A stretch of 39,854 bases of DNA from NCBI RefSeq assembly GCF_004010195.1, contig NW_025214811.1, positions 1-39,854 on the forward strand. Reading direction: 5' to 3'. The notes beneath the pieces were generated by a model that was not told where the DNA came from, did not search any database, and was given only the letters and a program-made list of their open reading frames with translations. Position numbers and translations under genes: made by a program. Each line of letters starts with the position of its first letter. The first letter of the stretch is position 1. Of the stretch, positions 32,314-39,854 are shown in pieces. The DNA comes from Chiloscyllium plagiosum (taxonomy: Eukaryota).

Positions 32314-35300
32314 GTCACAGTGTGTTCAGAGAGATTCAGAGGGTGTTACAATGTGTCTCAGAGAGACACAGTGAGTCAGAGTGTCATAGTGTATCTCAGC
32401 GTGTCAGAGAGTGTCACAGTGTTTCACGGTGTGTTTTAGAGAGGGTTTCAGTGTGTCCCAGAGTGTCTCACAGAGTGTCACAGTGTATCAGAGAGAGCCA
32501 GGGAATGTAACAGTGTGTCAGAGTGTCGCAGTGTGTCAGGGAATGTCACGGTATGTCTCAGAGACAGTCAGAGTGTGTCAAAGCGTATCAGAGAGGGCAC
32601 AGTATGTCTCAGACAGTGTCAGAGAGTGTCACAGTGCGTCGCCGAGAGTGTAAGAGAGAGTCATAGAGTATCACAGTGTGTTAGAGAGAGTATCAAAGAG
32701 CGTCAGAGTGTGTCACAGTGTGTCTCAGAGAATGTAACAGTGTGTCTCAGAAAGTGTCACAGTGTGTCTCAGGGAGGGTCAGAAGAGTCAGGGAGTGTCA
32801 CAGTGTATCACAGTCAGCCAGAGAGTGTCACAGTATATCTCAGAGAGCATCAGAGATTATCACAGTGTCTTAGAGAGGGTCATAGTGTGTCAGAGATTGT
32901 CACAGTGTGTCAGAGAGAGAGTCAGAGAGTGTCAAAGTGTGTCAGAGAGTGTCACAGTGTGTCTCAAATAGAGTCAGAGAGTCTCACAGAGTGTTTCATA
33001 CAGAGATAAAAAATGTCACAGTATGTCACAGTCGGTCAGAGAGTGTCACAGTGTTTCTCAGAGAGTGACAGAGAGAATCAGGGATTGTCACAGTGTGTAA
33101 GAGAATGGCACAGTAGGTCTCAAAGAGAGTTAGAGAGTGTCAAAGTGGATCTAAGAGAGTGTCAGAGAGAGTCAGACAGTGCCACAGTGCCACTGTCAGG
33201 GAGAGTCAGAGTATGTCACGGTGTGTCTCAGAGAGTGTCACAGTGTATTAGAGAGAGTTTCACAGTGTCTCACAGTCAGTCAGAGAGTGTCAGAGAGTCA
33301 GAGATTGTCACAGTGAGTCTCAGACAGTGTCCGTGAGAGTCTGAGAGTGTCACAGTCTGTCAGAGAGTGTCACAGTGTGTTACGGAGAGTTTCAGAGAGA
33401 GTCAGAGAGTGTCACATTGTGTTTCAGAGTGTGGCAAAGAGAGTCCGAAAGTGTCACAGTGTGTATCTGAGATTGTCAGAGAGAGTCAGAGAGTGTCATA
33501 GTGTCTAACGTTCTGTCCGAGAGTGTTAAAGCGTGCCTCAGAGAGTGTCAGAGAGAGTCAGAAAGTGTCACAGTCTGTCAGAGAGAGTCACAGTGTGTCA
33601 TATTCTGTCAGGGAGAGTCACAGTCTTTCTCAGACAGTGTCACAGTCTGTCTCAGAGAGACAGAGGGAGTCACAGTGTGTCTCAGAGTGTCAGAGTGTCA
33701 CAGTGTGTCAGAGATTGTCAAAGTGTGTCAGAGAGAGAGTCCGAGAGAGTCAGAATGTGCCAGAGTGTCACACTGTGTCTCAGAGAGCGTCAGAGAGTAT
33801 CATTGTGAATCTTAGAGAGTGTCAGAGAGAGGCAGAGTGTCACAATGTATCACAGTCTGTTAGAGAGTGTCACAGTTTGTCTCAGATAGTGTCACAGTTT
33901 GTCACAGTCTGTCAGAGAGTGCCACAGTGTATTGTGCTGTGCCTCAGAGAGTGTCACAGTGAGTCGTGCTGTGTCTCAGAGAGAGTCAGAGAGTGTCACA
34001 GTCTGTCTCAGAGAGAGTCAGATAAGATCAGAGTTTCGCAGTGTTTCTCAGAGTGTCACAGCGTGTCTCAGAGAGTGTCAGAGAGTGTCACAGTGTGTCT
34101 CAGAGAGTGTCAGAGTGTGTCACTGTCTGTGAGAGCGTGACAGTATGTCTCAGAGAGGATCAGAGAGTGTCACACTGTGTCTGAGGCAGTGGCAGATATA
34201 GTCCGAGAGTGTCACAGCATGCCTCAGAGATTCTCAGAGAGTGTGTCACAGTCTGTCAGAGAGAGTCACAGTGTGTCTCAGAAAATGTCAGAGAGTGTCG
34301 CTGCGTGTCACAGTGTGTCTCTGAGAATCAGAGAATGTCACAGTGTGTCACAGTCTGTCAGAGAGTGTCACAGTGTCTCTCAGAGAGTGTCATAGTGTGT
34401 CAGAGAGTGTCACAATCTATCTAAGAGAATTTCAGAAGAGTATCCGCCTGTGTCACAATGTGTCTCAAAGTGTAAGAGAGTGTTACAGTGTGTTTCAGAG
34501 AGTGTCAGAGTGTCTCAGAGAATGTCACAGTGTGTCAGAGAGTGTCACAGTCGGTCAGAGAGTGTCACAGTGTGTCAGAGAGTGTCACAGAGAGTGTCAC
34601 AGAGAGTGTCACAGCCTGTTACAGTCTGTCAGAGAGTGTCAGAGAGAGTCAGAGTCACAGTGTGTCTCAGAGTGTCATAGAGGGTCAGAGAGTATCACAG
34701 TGTGTCCCAGAGAGTCATAGAGAGTCACAGAGTGTCACAGTGTGTGTCCGAGAGTCAGAGAGAGTCACAGTGTGCCTCAGAGAGTGTCAGAGAAAGTCAG
34801 AGAATGTCATGGTGTGTAATAGTCTGTCAGAGAGTGTCACAGTGTGTCCCAGAGAGGGTCAGAGCGAGGCAGAAAGTGTCACAGTGTGTCTAAGAGAGTG
34901 TCACAGAATGTCACAGTCTGTCAGAGAGTGTCACAGTGTGTCTCAGAGAGTGTCAGAGAGAGTCAGAGAGTGTTACAGTGTGTCTCAGAGAGGGTCATAA
35001 ATTGTCACAGTGTGTTAGAGAGTGGCACAGTATTTCTCAGAGAGTGTCAGAGAGTGTCACGTGGGTCTCAGAGAGTGTCAGAGAGTCCAAAAAGTGTCAC
35101 ATTGCGTCACAGTCTATCAGAGAGTGTCTCAGTGTGTTTCAGAGAGTGTCAAAGAGGGTCAGAGTGTGTTCAGTGTGTCTCCGAGAGTGTCAGAGAGAGT
35201 CAGAGTGTCACAGTGCGTAACAGTCTGTAAGAGAGTGTTACCGCGTGCCTCAGAGAGTGCCACAAAGTGTCAGAAAGAGTCAGAGAGTGTCACACTCTGT

Positions 35301-38300
35301 CAGAGAGAGTCACAGTGTGTCAGAGAGTGTCACAGTGTGTCTCAGCGAGTCAGAGAGTGTCAAACTGTTTCACAGTCTGTCTCAGAGAGTGTCACAGTGT
35401 GTGTCAGAGATACAGAAAGTGTCACAGTCTGTCTCAGAGGTGGCCAGAATTTGCCACAGTGTGTTGCAGTCTGTCAGAGAGTGCCACAGTGTGCCTCAGA
35501 GAGTGTCAGAGAAAGTCAGAGAATGTCACACTGTGTCATAGTCCGTCAGAGAGTGTCATAATGTGTCTCAGAGAGTGTGAGAGAGAGTCAGAGAGTGTTA
35601 CAGTGTGTTTCAGAAAGGGTCAGAGAGTGTCACAGCGTGTCTCAGAGTGTCAGAGAATGTCAGAGAGTGTCACAGTGTGCCTCAGAGAATCAGAGAATGT
35701 CACAGTGTGTCACAGTATTTCAGAGAGTGTCACGGTGTGCCTCAGAGTGTCATATAAAGTCAAAGAATGTCTCAGTGTGTCATAATCTGTCAGAGAGTGT
35801 CATAGTGTGTCAGAGAGAGTCAGAGTGTCACAGTGTGCCTCAGAGAGTTTCAGAGAGTGTGAGAGAGTGTCGCAGTGTGTCTCAGAGGGTCAGAAAGAGT
35901 CAAAATATGTCACAGCGTCTCACAGTGTTTCTCAGAGAGTGTCAGAAAGTGTCACAGTTTCTCAGACTGTGTCACAGTGAGTCTCAGAGAGTGTCAGAGA
36001 GGTCGGAGTTTGTCTCGGAGAGTCAGAGCGTGTTACAGTGTGTCTCAGAGAGTGTGAGAGTGTGTCGCAATGTGTCACAGTGTGTCTCAGAGAGTGTCAA
36101 AGGGGGTCAGAGATTGTCTCAGAGAGGGTCACAATCAGTCAGAGAGTGTTACAGTGTGTCTCAGAGAGTGTCAAGCAGCGTCATAGAGTGTCACAGTGTG
36201 TCTCAGAGAGTCAGAGAGTGTCTGAAAGTGTCACAGTGTGTCTCCGAGAGTGTCACAGTGCCTCAGAGAACGTCACCGTGTGTCAGAGAGTGTCACAATC
36301 CGTCCGAGTTTGTCACAGTGTGTCGGAGAATGTCATATTGTTTATCAGAGAGTTTGACAGTGTGTCTCAGAGAGAGTCAGAAAGTGTCTTATCGTGTCAT
36401 ACTATCCCTCAGAGAGTGTCAGAGACATTCAGAGAGTGTCACAGTGTGTTTCAGAGAGTGTCAGAGTGAGTCAGACAGGGTCAGTGTGTCATGCAATGTC
36501 TCAGAGTGTGTCAGAGAGGGTGAGAGATTCCACAGTGTGTCTCTGAGAGTGTCACAGTGTCTCACAGAATGTCACAGTGTGTCAGAGTGTGTCACAGTGT
36601 GTCTCAGAGTCAGTCAGAGAGTATCACCGTTTGTCTCAGAGATGTTCAGAGAGAGAGTCAGAGAGTGTCACAGTGTGTCACAGTGTGTCAAAGAGTTTCG
36701 CAGTGTGTCTCAGAGAGTGTCATAGAGAATCAGAGAGTGTCACAGTCTGTCAGAGAGAGTCACAGTGTGTCTCAGAGAGAGTCAGAGAGTGTCACAGTGT
36801 GTCACAGTCTGTCAGAGAGTGTCATAGTGTTTCTCAGAGAGTGTCATAGTGTGTCAGAGAGTGTCACAGTGTGTCACAATATGTCAGAGAGAGTCGCAGT
36901 GTGTCTCAGATATTGGCACAGTGCGTCTCAGAGAGTCCGAGAGGGTCACAGTGTGTCTCAGAGTCACAGTGTTTTAGAGAGTGGCGCAGTATTTCTCATA
37001 GAGTGTCAGAGAGTGTCACGTGTGTCTCCGATTGTGTCAGAGTCAAAAAGTGTCACATTGCGTCACAGTTTATCAGAGAGTGTCACAGTGTGTTTCAGAG
37101 AGTGTCAAAGTGGGGAAGAGTGTGTCACAGTGTGTCTGAGAGAGTGTCCGAGAGAATCAGAGAGTGTCACAGTGTTTCTCAGAGAGTGTCATAGTGTGTC
37201 ACAATATGTCAGAGAGAGTCGCAGTGTGTCTCAGAGAGTGGCACAGTGTGTCTCAGAGAGTCCGAGAGGGTCATAGTGTGTCACAATATGTCAGAGAGAG
37301 TCACAGTGTGTTAGAGAGTGGCACAGTATTTCTCAGAGAGTGTCAGAGAGTGTTACGTGGGTCTCAGAGAGTGTCAGAGAGTGTCGGAAAGTGTCACATT
37401 GCGTCACAGTCTATCAGAAAGTGTCACAGTGTGTTTCAGAGAATGTCAAAGTGAGGAAGAGTATATCACAGTGTGTCTCAGAGAGTGTCCGAGAGAGTCA
37501 GAGAGTTCACCGTGTATTTCAGAGAGTGTCACAGTGTCTCAAATAATGTCACCGTGTCTCAGAGAGTGTCACAGTCGGTCCGAGAGTGTCACAGTGCGTC
37601 AGAGACTGTCATAGTGTTTCTCAAAGGGTGTTACAGTGTGTCTCAGAGAGGGTCAGAGAGTATCATATTGTGTCATACTGTCCCTCAGAGTGTCAGAGTG
37701 TCAGAGACAGTCAGAGAGTGTCACAGTGTGTTTCAGAGAGTGTCAGTGAGAGGCAGAAAGTGTCATAGTATGTCTCAGAGAGTGTCACAGAATGTCACAG
37801 TCTGTCAGAGAAGGTTACAGTGTGTTTCAGAGAGAGTCATAGTCTGTCAGAGAGTGTCATAATGTGTCTCAGAGAGTGTCAGTGAGAGTCAGAGAGTGTC
37901 ACAGTGTGTCTCAGTGTGTCAGAGAGTGTCACGTGTCTCAGAGTGTCAGAGAGCGTCAGGAAGTGTCACAGTGTGTCTCAGAGGATCAGAGAATGTCACA
38001 GTGTGTCACAGTGTGTCAGAGAGTGTCACAGTGTGCCTCAGAGAGTTTCAGAAAAAGTCAAGAATGTCAAAGAGTATCATAGTCTGTCAGAGAGTGTCAT
38101 AGTGTGTCTCCGAGAGTTTCAGAGAGAGTCAGAGAGTGTTACAGTGTGTCTCAGAGAGGGTCATAAAGTGTCACAGTGTGATAGAGAGTGTCACAGTGTT
38201 TCTCAGAGTGTCAGAGATAGTCAGGGAGTGCCAGTGTGTCTCAGAGAGTGTCATAATGTGTCACAGTCTGTCAGAGAAGGTTACAGTGTAATTCAGAGTA

Positions 38301-39854
38301 TGTCAGAGAATCAGACAGTGTCAAAGTGATTCGAGAGTGAGAGGGTCAACGTTTATCTCACAGAGGGTCGCGGTCTGTTAGAGAATGTTACAGTGTGTCT
38401 CAGAGAGTGACAGAAAGAGTCAGAAAGTGTCACAGTGTGTCTCCGAGAGCATCAGAGAGAATCAGAGAGTGTCACGCTGAGTCTCAGAGTGTCAGAGAGA
38501 GACAGAGAGTGTCACAGTGTGTCTAAGAGAGTGTCAGAGAAAGTCGGAGAGCGTCACAGTGTGCCTCAGAGAGAGTCGGAGAGTGTCACAGTGTGTCATA
38601 CTGTGCCTCACAGAGTGTCAGAGAGAGTCAGAAAGTGTCACATTCTCTCTCATCGAGCGTCAGAGTGTATCACAGTGTGCCTCAGAGATTATCAGAGTGT
38701 GTCTAGGTGTGTTGTACTGTGCCTCAGAGAGAGTCAGAGTGTGTCACAGTGCATCGTACTGTGCCTCAGACAGTGCCAGAGAGCCAGAGAGTGTCACATT
38801 CTGTCTCACTGAGGGTCAGAGTGTGTCACAGTGTGTCTCAGAGAGTCAGAACGTGTCAGACAGTGTCACAGTGTGTCTCAGAGATTGTCACAGTGTGTCT
38901 TAGAGTGTGTCAGAAAGTTTAACAGTGTGTCTCAGCGTGTGTCACAATGTCTCAGAAAATGTCACAGTGAGTCAGACAGTGTCATAGTCGGTTCAAGAGT
39001 GTCACAGTGTGTCAGAGAATGTTATACTATGTTGTAGAGAGTGTCAGAGAGTTTCACAAAGTGTCACAGTCTGTCAGAGAGTGTCTCAGTGTGTCTCAGA
39101 GAGTGTCAGAGAGAGTCACAGAGTGTCAGAGAGTGTCACAGTCTGTCAGAGAGTGTCAGAGAGTATCACAGTGTGTTTCAGAGGGTGTCACAGTGTCAGA
39201 GAGAGTCAAAGGGTGTCACAATGTGTCTGAGAGTGTCAGAGAGTGCCACGGTGTGTCTCAGAGAGTGTCACAGTGTGTATTAGAGAGTCAGAGAGTGTCA
39301 GAAAGTGTCACAGTGTGTCTCAGAGAGTGTCACAATGTCTCTGGGAGTGTCACTGTGTGCCAGAGAGTGTCATAGTGTGTCACAGAGAGACTGAGAGAGT
39401 GTCACAGTGTGTCACACTCTGTCAGAGAGTGTCACAGTGTTTCTACGAGAGTGTCAGAGAGAGTCAGGGTGTGTCACAGTGTGTTACAGTCTGTCAGAGA
39501 GAGTCACAGAGTGCCTCAGAGACTGCCAGAGAAAGTCAGAGTGTGTCATCGTCTGTCAGAGAGTGTCACAATGTGTCTCAGCGAGTGTCAGAGAGAGTCA
39601 GACAGTGTTACAGTGTGATTCAGTGAATGTCAAAGTGTGTCCCAGAGAGTCAGAGAGAGTCAGAAAGTGTCAGTGTGTATCTCAGAGAGTGTTGCAGTGT
39701 GTCACAGTCTGTCAGAGAAGTTTACAGTGTTATTCAGAGCGTGTCAAAGAGATTCAGAGAGTGTCACAGTGTCTCTGGGAGTGTCACCGTTTCCCAGAGA
39801 GTGTCACAGTTGGTCAGAGAGTGTCACAATGTGTCTAAGAGAGTGTCAGAGAGG
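32314..39854. repeat. Complex low-complexity satellite built from GTCACA/GTGT/GTCTCA/GTCAGA/GAGA modules; continues past the window end
   Basis: 7.5 kb of recurrent gagagtgtcacagtgtgtctcagagagtgtcaga. All ORFs here are S/V/R/E/C/Q/H repeat artefacts. Confidence 0.97.

Noticed and set aside
32322..39838. Many long overlapping ORFs (up to 382 aa)
   Set aside because: The satellite lacks stop codons on the + strand; ORFs overlap in all three frames with low-complexity composition.

Overview
Repeat-dominated eukaryotic DNA, almost certainly from a cartilaginous fish. The inference rests on V-SINE/HE1-type SINEs, CR1 LINEs, a Deu-SINE-like 33-bp minisatellite and GPR139-like GPCR pseudogenes. No intact protein-coding gene is visible. 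(1) A defective class I (epsilon-like, fish-type) endogenous retrovirus lies on the minus strand (23045-32313). It has two TG...CA LTRs, a tRNA-Pro-like PBS, a PPT and pol (2H-phosphoesterase-like domain, RT, RNase H, integrase), but no gag, protease or recognisable env. (2) Three Penelope-like (PLE) insertions carrying hammerhead-ribozyme motifs sit inside the provirus. One is a 3.57-kb composite with an exact 14-bp target duplication, in which identical young ribozyme repeats enclose about 3.2 kb of older, unrelated genomic DNA. (3) There are remnants of up to three GPR139/142-like GPCR genes, including a two-exon pseudogene (22400-22246, 19371-18563). (4) There are many CR1, SINE and PLE fragments, two minisatellites and a 7.5-kb complex satellite at the right end. 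All calls come from reading and translating by eye; no database search was run.
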